DNA from: an uncultured Bdellovibrionales bacterium
GTDB taxonomy: Bacteria > Bdellovibrionota_C > UBA2361 > J135
NCBI GenBank assembly: GCA_964523015.1
Contig: CAZFXN010000003.1
Coordinates: forward strand, 22,117-86,116
Direction: 5' to 3'
Length of the DNA: 64,000 bases
Below the pieces are notes generated by a model, which saw only the letters and a program-made list of their open reading frames with translations, had not been told where the DNA came from and made no database searches. Position numbers and translations under genes: made by a program. Shown here in pieces: positions 46,728-55,802 of the stretch (within the stretch, counting starts at the first letter, position 1; each line of letters starts with the position of its first letter).

Positions 46728-48182
46728 TTAAACTAAGAGTGCCTTTACTGGCTTTCCTAGTCCATCTTCAGTCACATAAAATGGACGTTTTTCAATTTCA
46801 AAGCTGAGATCTGCTGGAATGCCGAGTGCCCGAAATATTGTGGCGTGCAAATCCTTCATTGAGACGGGATCTTCAATTGTTTTGCAAGGTGGCTCTTCCC
46901 CTGTTTTGCCATAAACTAACCCTTTTTTTGCTCCGCCCCCAAACATCAGGACACAACCAGCTCCAGTATAATGCCTATGTAATCCAAAATGTTTAATCTG
47001 ATGAATAATAAAAGATTTGTTTCCCGGATCTTGCTTTTCATCCTCTTTAATTCCAGCGCGACTAAACTCACTAGCAACAACTATCAAAGTTCGATCTAGA
47101 AGTCCTTTTTCTTCCAAATCCAAAATTAGTTGGGCAACTGGAGCATCAATCCATCTCTTCATCTCTTTAGTTCTTCTGTGTCCGTCAGCATGAGTATCCC
47201 AATTTCCAAATGGAACATGCTCTGTCGTCACTTCAACAAATCGCACCCCTGCCTCTACTAACCTTCGAGCTAATAAACAACCTAAGCCGAACCGGCCAGT
47301 ATTATATGTGTCATAAACTTCCTTGGGCTCCTCAGTTAGATCAAATGATTTTGCATAACGGGAATTGATTATGCGGTATCCGTTATCAAAGGATCGAAGT
47401 AAGGATTCTCTTTGATAATCACTCCCGTATTCACCTACCGGAGTTTTTTTAAGGAGATCGTTGTATAGTTTATAACGGTTCTGAAATTTTGAAATTGCCA
47501 TCCCCTCTGGTGGACTCATCTTATCCATTGCTTGATCAGGATACGGGATTAAAAGTGGAGCATACTCTCCACCTAGAAACCCTGAGGTTAAAAATGCTTG
47601 AACCTCTGGAGCCCCATCAATATCTAGTCGTTGTCCAATATGAACAAAAGCAGGGACATCAGGATTCTTAGGTCCTAAAACTTTAGTTATCATAGATCCA
47701 AGATGAGGCACCTCAATAGTTTGAGGTGGAACATATCCCGTGTGCCAATGAAATTGATGTCTTGAATGTAAGATATGCCCCAAATCTGGAGGGGAAAAAG
47801 AGCGAATAATAGTTCCGCGATCTGCCACCTTAGCAAGATTCTCAAGACCAGCACTAAAGTTAACACCATCTAAGGAAGTTGGAATTGATGGAAAGGTAGA
47901 GATCAATCTATACTGCCTAGTTCCTCGTTCATACGGAGTGTAAGTTTTAGGATCAAACGTTTCAGTGTGGGCTTGACCACCGGCCATCCATAAAAAGATC
48001 ACTTGGTCGGCAGTTGGTGTTATCTTTTGTTTAGTGCTCTCCTTATCCCCATCTTTACCACTTTCTTCTTTTAAGCCCCAAGAAACAGCTGGGCAGCCCG
48101 CCCCCATAGTCGCTAAAGTAGCCTGACTGGCCGTCTTTAAAAAATCTCTGCGATTCCATTTTTTATTTAAGATATCAAACAC
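46728..48182 (-). CDS. DUF1501-family (sulfatase-fold) protein with Tat-type signal
   Basis: N-terminal twin-arginine-like RRDFLKTASQATLATMGAG. Conserved DUF1501 blocks WDTH and VVASEFSR-like are present. Confidence 0.85.
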   Translation of the reverse strand: MFDILNKKWNRRDFLKTASQATLATMGAGCPAVSWGLKEESGKDGDKESTKQKITPTADQVIFLWMAGGQAHTETFDPKTYTPYERGTRQYRLISTFPSIPTSLDGVNFSAGLENLAKVADRGTIIRSFSPPDLGHILHSRHQFHWHTGYVPPQTIEVPHLGSMITKVLGPKNPDVPAFVHIGQRLDIDGAPEVQAFLTSGFLGGEYAPLLIPYPDQAMDKMSPPEGMAISKFQNRYKLYNDLLKKTPVGEYGSDYQRESLLRSFDNGYRIINSRYAKSFDLTEEPKEVYDTYNTGRFGLGCLLARRLVEAGVRFVEVTTEHVPFGNWDTHADGHRRTKEMKRWIDAPVAQLILDLEEKGLLDRTLIVVASEFSRAGIKEDEKQDPGNKSFIIHQIKHFGLHRHYTGAGCVLMFGGGAKKGLVYGKTGEEPPCKTIEDPVSMKDLHATIFRALGIPADLSFEIEKRPFYVTEDGLGKPVKALLV

Positions 48183-48205
48183 ACTGTCCCATTAAACACT
48201 GACAC

Positions 48206-51196
48206 CTAAGTTATTAATTGAAATTCCGGTAATAAAACAAGACTCCACAGAAGATCCTCTACTGAAGATCCATTTTCATACGACCCATCGATCACCTTTA
48301 CTGCTAAGCTAATCTCATCTTCGTTTGGAGATCTTCCTAAAAGGCTTACATACAATTTTTCAGCTATCAACTTTGGATCTGCTAAGCTTTCTAATCGTAG
48401 CGAATTAGCACTCCTAGATAAAAGATCATCGAATTCCTCACCACTTAATAATTCAAGTCCTTGCATCGTTGAGGTAAATCGTGCTCGTCGGGTAGTAATT
48501 TGCTCCCTTCTTGGCCTCCCCATAGCCAAAGTCAATGGCGAAGCCTCAAGAAACACAGAACGCACAGGGAGATCCGACACTATCCAATATTGAACCCTAA
48601 TTCCTTTTGCTCTTGGATCCTTAGGCACTAACCTTGCTTTTGCTTTAAGCTTTTTAAGCCCCATCCCTTCAACGTTATAACTAACAGCTGAAAAGGCACG
48701 GGTGTGTATTATGTTATTATCAAAGGAAACTTCTGTGAGCCGATCCTCCATTTGACCTATCTCTTTATCATCATCAGCACCTTCTTCATCAATGTAGACA
48801 TCCCTAACAATGTTGCTCTGGTTTACTAAAGAGATCTCCTGACCTTTACCGTTTAATAAGATTGGGTTAATCCACTGGGCTTCATAGGATGGAACCCTGC
48901 CAGGTTTAAATTTAAACTTCCTATTATGATCTTTTGAGTCACGCCTTGCTTGCAGCGATTGATCTAATACATCTAATGCACCAGAATCTTGCTTAGCTAC
49001 TAGATCAAACTGTGCTCTCTGGGCATCAAGTTTGTTAGCTTTTTTATAACTTCTAAGCACAACCATCCAAATTGAAGACGCTCCATCTATATTAGCTTCA
49101 ATATCAACTGTGCCATCTTCAGAACTGACCGTTCCGCTCTGATACAAAATCCTAGGTTCCCTTGAGATACTGGGACTCGATTCTGAGAGATTAGAGCTCG
49201 CTAATGTAACACTCATTATACGTTCAATGTCTCCTGGTTTTGCTGGAGGTACTACCTCGGTTGCTAAAGATACTGAATCTAAAAGCTGCTCTACCGTAAG
49301 TCTCCTAACAGTGGGTCCCCGAAATACATACTCTTTTTCAAACGTCTCCTTAGCCGGCACGGAAGGCAACTGATATGTTTGGGACGTTAAAATAATCCTT
49401 AGTATTTTTTTAAGATCATATTTTTGACTTACTAGCTCTGAGGAAAGCCAATCAAGCATATCTTGATTCCAGGCAGGGTTATCTAATTCATCAATCGGCT
49501 CAACTAGTCCTACTCCAAACAATCTCTCCCAAATTCGATTAACGATCGTACGAGCAAATCGACCATTTTCATCACTTGTCACAAGTGCAGCCAACTCTCC
49601 TCGTCTTTTAACCCGTCCTCTTGATTTAATTTCACCTAATTCAGGGTATAAAAATCTCGGCGCTACTGTTTCGCCTGTAGGGATATTGCATTCATTTGTT
49701 CCAAGTGCCTTGCCTCCAATTGCGTTTGCAAATCCGTAAGCGTCAGTCAAACTCCACTCATCAGTAAAGCTACTGTGACAGGATGCGCATTTTAAATTTA
49801 CCCCCATAAATACCTGAGCAATATTCTGTGCCGCTTGCATTGAGGGTTCTTCATTAGCGTTAACTACGCCACTTTTCCACCATTTAATCCCTCTAACAAA
49901 ACCAACAGTTTCAGGTGTCGGATTTATCAGCAAAGAAACAAATTCATCATAAGGCATATTCTTAAGTAGCGCTTCAAAAAGCCACGGGGTGATCTCTTTT
50001 CGATTACCCAATAAAAAGCCAGGCCCTGAATAATCATTTCTTAAAGCGTCATTCCAAAATGTCATCCAATGAGCTGCGTATCGATAATTATATCCTAAGA
50101 TCTTATCAACAAGCATCTCTCTCTTATTATGAGATGTATCATTTAGAAATTTAGTGAGATCCTCTGCAGATGGAATCACCCCTAGAACATCAAGATACAC
50201 CCTTCTAACAAAAGTTCGATCATCCACAATACTTGGCGGTGAAATCTCCTGCTTTTTAAAGTAAGCTGCTGCTATCTTATCAATTGGATTTACTAGGTTA
50301 GATTCCGGTAACTCTGGACGTCGCGGCTCCGTTCCAACCTTAGCAATCCGATGAGCAACCTGGTGAACATTACTACTCCATGGAGCCCCCTGATCGATCC
50401 ACGCTCTTAAAATACCGATCTGATCATTTGTAAGCCTCTTGCCCTTAGAGGGCATAATTTTTTTAGGAATAATTCCAGAGACCAGCTCTATTAGATGACT
50501 CTCTTCACTTTTTCCAACCTCTATCGCTACCTTTAAAGACTTTCCACCCTTAATTAAATCGTCACGGGAATCGATACTGTAATCACCTTTACGCTTACCC
50601 TCACCATGACATTTATAACAACTTCCCTTTAAGATCGGATGAATATCCTCATCAAAAGTAACTTTTCTTAGAGCTGCTGGAGGGATTGTTTTTTGAGCTA
50701 CTATATCTTGAGCACTACTATCTGCTCCGTTATGTGATCCGCCTAAAAAAACTTCATCATAGTAATCAGTACCGTGTACTAACAATCCGCCAAAATGTGC
50801 GACAAACCCGATACCACCCGCACTAACAATAGCCAAAGCTCTATAGAGAAATGAGAATGCGCCTTTCTGCTTTAGCGCCTTTAATCCAAGGAATGATATT
50901 CCAAGCAGTAGCCCAGCGACAACGAGACCACCTAATCGATGTGTCTCTAGAATCTCTCCTAATTCTCCATTAAAGTCCTGAGTATCAGCATTGATCCAAC
51001 CAAACACAGCAGCGACAACAGAGAAGAGTGCTCCTAGAGTATACGGGTAAACGCTTCGCTCAAGTGAGTAGTCTCTATTTCTTTTTAAAAAATAATAGAG
51101 CTCAAATATGGCAACATAGATTATAAGTCCAATAGGCAGATGAACCGCCACAGGATGGAGTTTACCTAAAAGTATGTATAGACTGGAAAGAGTCAT
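48206..51196 (-). CDS. membrane-anchored PSCyt1 (haem-c) - DUF1549 (PSCyt2) - DUF1553 (PSD1) protein
   Basis: An N-terminal ~140 aa region with 4 TM helices starts HPVAVHLPIGL (DUF2231-like). Then come the haem motif CYKCHGEGKRKGD, the DUF1549 block FVRRVYLDVLGVIPS and the DUF1553 block CASCHSSFTDEWSLTDAYGF. Confidence 0.85.
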   Translation of the reverse strand: MTLSSLYILLGKLHPVAVHLPIGLIIYVAIFELYYFLKRNRDYSLERSVYPYTLGALFSVVAAVFGWINADTQDFNGELGEILETHRLGGLVVAGLLLGISFLGLKALKQKGAFSFLYRALAIVSAGGIGFVAHFGGLLVHGTDYYDEVFLGGSHNGADSSAQDIVAQKTIPPAALRKVTFDEDIHPILKGSCYKCHGEGKRKGDYSIDSRDDLIKGGKSLKVAIEVGKSEESHLIELVSGIIPKKIMPSKGKRLTNDQIGILRAWIDQGAPWSSNVHQVAHRIAKVGTEPRRPELPESNLVNPIDKIAAAYFKKQEISPPSIVDDRTFVRRVYLDVLGVIPSAEDLTKFLNDTSHNKREMLVDKILGYNYRYAAHWMTFWNDALRNDYSGPGFLLGNRKEITPWLFEALLKNMPYDEFVSLLINPTPETVGFVRGIKWWKSGVVNANEEPSMQAAQNIAQVFMGVNLKCASCHSSFTDEWSLTDAYGFANAIGGKALGTNECNIPTGETVAPRFLYPELGEIKSRGRVKRRGELAALVTSDENGRFARTIVNRIWERLFGVGLVEPIDELDNPAWNQDMLDWLSSELVSQKYDLKKILRIILTSQTYQLPSVPAKETFEKEYVFRGPTVRRLTVEQLLDSVSLATEVVPPAKPGDIERIMSVTLASSNLSESSPSISREPRILYQSGTVSSEDGTVDIEANIDGASSIWMVVLRSYKKANKLDAQRAQFDLVAKQDSGALDVLDQSLQARRDSKDHNRKFKFKPGRVPSYEAQWINPILLNGKGQEISLVNQSNIVRDVYIDEEGADDDKEIGQMEDRLTEVSFDNNIIHTRAFSAVSYNVEGMGLKKLKAKARLVPKDPRAKGIRVQYWIVSDLPVRSVFLEASPLTLAMGRPRREQITTRRARFTSTMQGLELLSGEEFDDLLSRSANSLRLESLADPKLIAEKLYVSLLGRSPNEDEISLAVKVIDGSYENGSSVEDLLWSLVLLPEFQLIT

Positions 51197-51291
51197 TTAA
51201 CTAAAGGGGTTGGTCAGGCTTAAAGTAGGCTAAATATTACATGTGAACTGCTTGAGACACAACTCCCAGGACAAAGACTACTGCTAAAATC

Positions 51292-53619
51292 ATGAGCATT
51301 GTATTAAAGAACAAAACATTTCTAGCTATACTCCTCTTTGTATTGAGTGCGGCCATCCGACTTCATGGAATAGGAAGTTTCCCCCTACAATCGGATGAAT
51401 CACATTGGTTAAGTAGAAGTGATAAGGTTATTCATCAACTAAGAAAAAACCCGACCCATGCAACAGATCACTTGGGGCATCCGGGAGTCCCTCCCGCCGT
51501 TATTATGGCGTTTGGTCAGTGGAGCGCTGAGAAGTATAATAATTTTAGAAACCTTACCGCTAAGGATCCTAATTTTATTGATGGTTATTCAGCTTGTAGA
51601 ATTGCAAATGCTCTCTTTTCATCTCTAATTGGTCCAATATTAATATTCGGGCTGACTCCTTTTATAGGTCTCCTTCCAACATTACTAGCTGCGATCCTGT
51701 TTTCGCTTGATCCTAATTCTCTTTTTCTCACTCGCTTAGCACATATTGATGGTATTTTAACGGTGCTTGTTTCATTAACTATAATTTTCTATCTAAAGGC
51801 CCTGCAAAAGCAGAGCACCTATCTAAAGATCTTAGCAGGTATGATCTGGGGGCTCTGTATCGCAACTAAACCAACTGCCCTAGCGTTAATTCCTGCCTTT
51901 CTTTTTATAAAAGCAATTCTTATAACCACTAATTTAAAAGGAGAGAAATCTACCAGAGAGAAAATACTTGACTGGGGAGATCTATGGGCTGTGGTCTCTG
52001 GCCACATTATGCTAGCCGCCATATATACAAGGTTTTGGCATCATCCAAGTGAGTATGTTTTTCTGTTACACATCTCAAATAGTTTTGCTGATCTAATTTA
52101 CAATTTCGGAATATCACTATCTAAAAGACCCATTGTATCTATATTGGGACTAATGAGTTTTATAACTTCCACTTTTATATTTTGGAAACGATATAAAAAC
52201 CGTAATCAACAAAGAGATTATCACCTGGCTCAAGCAAGCCTACTTTTATCAATAATTCTCATTCCACTTATTTTTGCACCTCGGATTCTAGAAAATATTG
52301 TCTTTTATTGGATCCGAGTATTCTCATTATCTAGCATTGAACATGATGGATTTACTGGTAACACACTCCCACATCCGGCTGGATATCTCGGTCTATTATT
52401 CTCGCTACTTCCTCCGATTATTATAATAGGACTTGTTTTTTACCTTTTCTTTTTACTTAAAAATTTTAAACTAGAGATTCTATCTGCTCAAACGCCAATT
52501 CATATTCTTTTACTAGGGATAATCCTTGTATGGATCTTTCCTCTTGCTATCTCTGCAAAACAATCATTTAGATATATTTTGCCGATTTTACCATTTATTT
52601 ACGTACTCTCATCTATCGGACTTTTATATTTTGCAAATTGGGTTACTTCCATATTTTTAAATTTCTCAAAATCAAATCCTAAAACTATTAAAGCAACTAT
52701 TTTTACAATCTGTATCTTAACGGCAAGCTATAATGCTTACTCACTAGCCCCACACTATGAACTATATTTAAACTCACTTGGTGGCTCCTATAAGGAGGCC
52801 ATTAATAGAGGCCAGATACGACCCTTACTTGGCATTCATGAGACTCTAAGATTCCTTAAAGAAAATGCACCCACTAAAAATGGCAAAATCACCATATCTG
52901 TAATCGGAGATGGAGATGTCTTAAATGAAATGATGAAGAGAGAGCATCCTGAAGTCGCCAGTAGATTTACTTTTGGATATTTTCCACCCTTTGTTGCCGA
53001 CTATCTTTTTACAATGTTTGGAATCCCTCTACCTAGTGGAAGCTTTTGGAATGCTACAATAAAAAACGATCCAGTATTTAACTATAAACATAATAACCTA
53101 ACCGTTACCCAAGTTCTTAAGGTCCCAATCTTTGATTTCTCTGATAAAGTTACTATCTTAGTTTCATCACAACCAAGAGAAACTGGAAAAGTTCGCTCAA
53201 GCAAAAATAGATCTATCTATGTATCAACAAAGAAACATAGTAAGGGACATCTACTCTATGCATTATACCCATATAAAATGCCTTCAGGAACCTACGTCTT
53301 ATCTTTCCCTTTATCTATCTTCTCTAAAAAAGAAGATTCGAAAAAAGGAGACATAGTTTCTGACTATGGCGACAAAACTGCTGCTACAATCTCTTTTGGT
53401 AAGGAATGTAGTAAAATTGTTCGGGCAAATGAACTGAGTGTTAACGCGCCAACTGATATTATTCTTAAATGTACTTTCTTAAAACAAGCTGGGGCGATCC
53501 CTCGTGTTTATTGGCACGGCGCGGTGCCTATTACCCTTGGTGATTTTACAATTAAAAAGATCCCTAGCAATAAAAATAGTATAATGACTGACCAAAGAGT
53601 GACACTGCTCTCAAGATAG
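51292..53619 (+). CDS. GT-C fold glycosyltransferase (ArnT / PMT, GT39/GT83-like) with large C-terminal soluble domain
   Basis: About 12 or more TM helices. The first periplasmic loop carries an acidic motif, LQSDESHW. The C-terminal ~280 aa form a soluble domain. Confidence 0.75.
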   Translation: MSIVLKNKTFLAILLFVLSAAIRLHGIGSFPLQSDESHWLSRSDKVIHQLRKNPTHATDHLGHPGVPPAVIMAFGQWSAEKYNNFRNLTAKDPNFIDGYSACRIANALFSSLIGPILIFGLTPFIGLLPTLLAAILFSLDPNSLFLTRLAHIDGILTVLVSLTIIFYLKALQKQSTYLKILAGMIWGLCIATKPTALALIPAFLFIKAILITTNLKGEKSTREKILDWGDLWAVVSGHIMLAAIYTRFWHHPSEYVFLLHISNSFADLIYNFGISLSKRPIVSILGLMSFITSTFIFWKRYKNRNQQRDYHLAQASLLLSIILIPLIFAPRILENIVFYWIRVFSLSSIEHDGFTGNTLPHPAGYLGLLFSLLPPIIIIGLVFYLFFLLKNFKLEILSAQTPIHILLLGIILVWIFPLAISAKQSFRYILPILPFIYVLSSIGLLYFANWVTSIFLNFSKSNPKTIKATIFTICILTASYNAYSLAPHYELYLNSLGGSYKEAINRGQIRPLLGIHETLRFLKENAPTKNGKITISVIGDGDVLNEMMKREHPEVASRFTFGYFPPFVADYLFTMFGIPLPSGSFWNATIKNDPVFNYKHNNLTVTQVLKVPIFDFSDKVTILVSSQPRETGKVRSSKNRSIYVSTKKHSKGHLLYALYPYKMPSGTYVLSFPLSIFSKKEDSKKGDIVSDYGDKTAATISFGKECSKIVRANELSVNAPTDIILKCTFLKQAGAIPRVYWHGAVPITLGDFTIKKIPSNKNSIMTDQRVTLLSR

Positions 53620-55055
53620 ATTAATGGGGCACTAGCAACATATCTTACAAAGTCTCTCTGCCATAAAAGGATCTCTGATATTCCTCTAAGAATTAATCCT
53701 TCATCATCAATTCTTAAATAGTACAGTGCCCAACCAAAGATCACCCCTTTACAACCGATAAAGGAGAGAAGTGGCGCAAAGATTGGATTTAGTAGCAACG
53801 AGCCAAATGAAAATCCTCCAAACCATGATAATGAAACCATTGAAGCCAAAAATGATGCGATCATTGAGCTATAAAGATACTTACTTAACGGCTTTTGACC
53901 TAACCTTTCCCCAATCATAAGTCCGATTAATGCTGCATAACTTAATTCAACTCCAGGATCTAAATAAGCTGCTGGGGATAAAATTGTTAAAATAAAAAGG
54001 GAATTAAGTAGTAAATTAACAGCAAAACTTATTCCACCTCCATCACCACGTTCAAGTAACTTTGAAAGTGCATAAATTGTTAATGCTACACCTGCTCTTA
54101 ATACTGGCCCGTCAGCTCCTACCAATAGGATGAAAAGATAAGCGACAAGCAATGCTCCTATGTTTGCAACTATTTTGATTGGAATAAAAAAAGCTAACCG
54201 GTATAGATAACCAGTTAAGGAAGTTAAGAGAAATAGAGTAGCCGCGTAAATAATTGTTACTTGATACCCAGAAACAACTAAAAGATGAGCTAGGCCAGCT
54301 TTTTTAAATGCATCTTCAGTTTTTGTTGTTAGAATATCTTTTGTGCCTATTGACATTGAAAGGACGATCCCCGAGGGCTCTCCTTGTCCAAGGAGTTTTT
54401 CAGTAGATCTAACAATTTTTTCTCTTACCTTTGAAAATACTCCCCGATCCCTTTTAATTATCTCTGATGAATATTGTGATGAATATTGAATAGTACAGGT
54501 GCCTGCCAACCCTTGCCGTTTTAAATATCCGTCAAACGACAGTATTGAATGTTTTTGATTTATAGGTTTGAATTTCCCCTTAATAAAAAACTGATCCCCC
54601 TTTTTACTTTGACTTATATTTTTCCAGGGCAGATGCACTCCTTTACATAAGTACCGGCTAGGCATTGTATTTGAAACATACTCAGCACCAGAGCTATTCC
54701 TCTTAATTTTACCGAGAATACTAACTGGAAAACTTATCTCCCCAACACGTCTATATCTTGGCTCCTCAATCACCTCTATTAAATAGCTATCGACACTTGA
54801 TGGCCCGTCTATCTTTAGAGTGGTGCAAGATATGAAATTTCCGATAATCCCGATCGCAATTCCATAATAGAATCCATTTAGCTTTTTTTGATCTAAAATT
54901 AGCCAGATCAGTACTTGAATAAAAAGTACAGCAGTGGAAATATGGGTTGAATAGAGGGCAAGGAGCTGCCCTCCCATAACTCCAACAACAATTAAGAACG
55001 AGGGATATAGATTGCGCAGTTTACAAAGTTTTCTTTTCCCAAATAAGAGCCCCAT
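53508..55055 (-). CDS. comEC: ComEC/Rec2-family DNA uptake channel (no metallo-beta-lactamase domain)
   Basis: An OB-like DUF4131 region is followed by the competence domain with FKKAGLAHLLVVSGYQVTIIY. The protein is polytopic. The start may instead be the internal ATG at 54977. Confidence 0.8.
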   Translation of the reverse strand: MGLLFGKRKLCKLRNLYPSFLIVVGVMGGQLLALYSTHISTAVLFIQVLIWLILDQKKLNGFYYGIAIGIIGNFISCTTLKIDGPSSVDSYLIEVIEEPRYRRVGEISFPVSILGKIKRNSSGAEYVSNTMPSRYLCKGVHLPWKNISQSKKGDQFFIKGKFKPINQKHSILSFDGYLKRQGLAGTCTIQYSSQYSSEIIKRDRGVFSKVREKIVRSTEKLLGQGEPSGIVLSMSIGTKDILTTKTEDAFKKAGLAHLLVVSGYQVTIIYAATLFLLTSLTGYLYRLAFFIPIKIVANIGALLVAYLFILLVGADGPVLRAGVALTIYALSKLLERGDGGGISFAVNLLLNSLFILTILSPAAYLDPGVELSYAALIGLMIGERLGQKPLSKYLYSSMIASFLASMVSLSWFGGFSFGSLLLNPIFAPLLSFIGCKGVIFGWALYYLRIDDEGLILRGISEILLWQRDFVRYVASAPLIYLESSVTLWSVIILFLLLGIFLIVKSPRVIGTAPCQ

Positions 55056-55797
55056 ACAGTATAACTCATTTGATATCTCACATTATCTCTCACCTTATAT
55101 CTCCCTTATTTTTTCTATTTGTTGCCTCTTTTTTTGCTCGTGTGCAGAAAAAAATCTAGAGAAAAATCTCAATTTGTCTGTTTCTAACGAAACAATTAAT
55201 AGGGATAGACTATATTTAGTTTCTCGCTATGGGGTCTTTCAAAATAAAGAAGCTGATGATTTTTTAGTATCTCTTTGCGTCCGTATTAGTACTACTATTA
55301 GCACTGCTTCATCTAACCCTAAGAGATTCGTATTAAGATCGACGATTTTAGATACTGAGACTCCACTCGCTCTATCTATTGGTTCAGGAGAGATTTTTCT
55401 TTCCCGTGGAATTTTAAAGTTACTAAAGAGCGAGGGGGAAGTTGCCTTTGTTATAAGCCATGAGTTTGGTCATGATATTCTTAATCATCATGTTAATGGT
55501 CCTGATACTGAGACTGCTGAACTAGAGGCAGATCTATTTGCCCTTAGTGTAATAACCAATGCTGGATTTCCGGCTATGTCCAGTATCTCTTCTCTTATAG
55601 GTACTTACGGGTCAGAAAAATTCCTTGAAGACGGTGCGGTTATCTCATTCATAGCTCAAGATGAATTAACTCATCCGTCACTAAGGATGAGATTAAAAGT
55701 ACTTAGAGAATCAATCGCGATACGGACAACATTTACAGAAGATAAAACCCCCACTTTTCAATCTAGAAGATTCCTCTCCTTCAAAAAAACCTTTTAA
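55012..55797 (+). CDS. M48-family Zn metallopeptidase lipoprotein
   Basis: HExxH is present in VISHEFGHDILNHH, with a downstream E (ELEADLFA). The signal/lipobox-like segment is CCLFFCSC. Confidence 0.7.
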   Translation: MRSLQSFLFPNKSPIQYNSFDISHYLSPYISLIFSICCLFFCSCAEKNLEKNLNLSVSNETINRDRLYLVSRYGVFQNKEADDFLVSLCVRISTTISTASSNPKRFVLRSTILDTETPLALSIGSGEIFLSRGILKLLKSEGEVAFVISHEFGHDILNHHVNGPDTETAELEADLFALSVITNAGFPAMSSISSLIGTYGSEKFLEDGAVISFIAQDELTHPSLRMRLKVLRESIAIRTTFTEDKTPTFQSRRFLSFKKTF

Positions 55798-55802
55798 AAG
55801 TT

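Noticed and set aside
55012-55055. 44-nt divergent overlap between the ComEC and M48 peptidase start regions as a regulatory oddity
   Set aside because: It is most simply explained by start-codon over-extension. ComEC has an in-frame ATG at 54977 (MGGQLLAL...) that removes the overlap.
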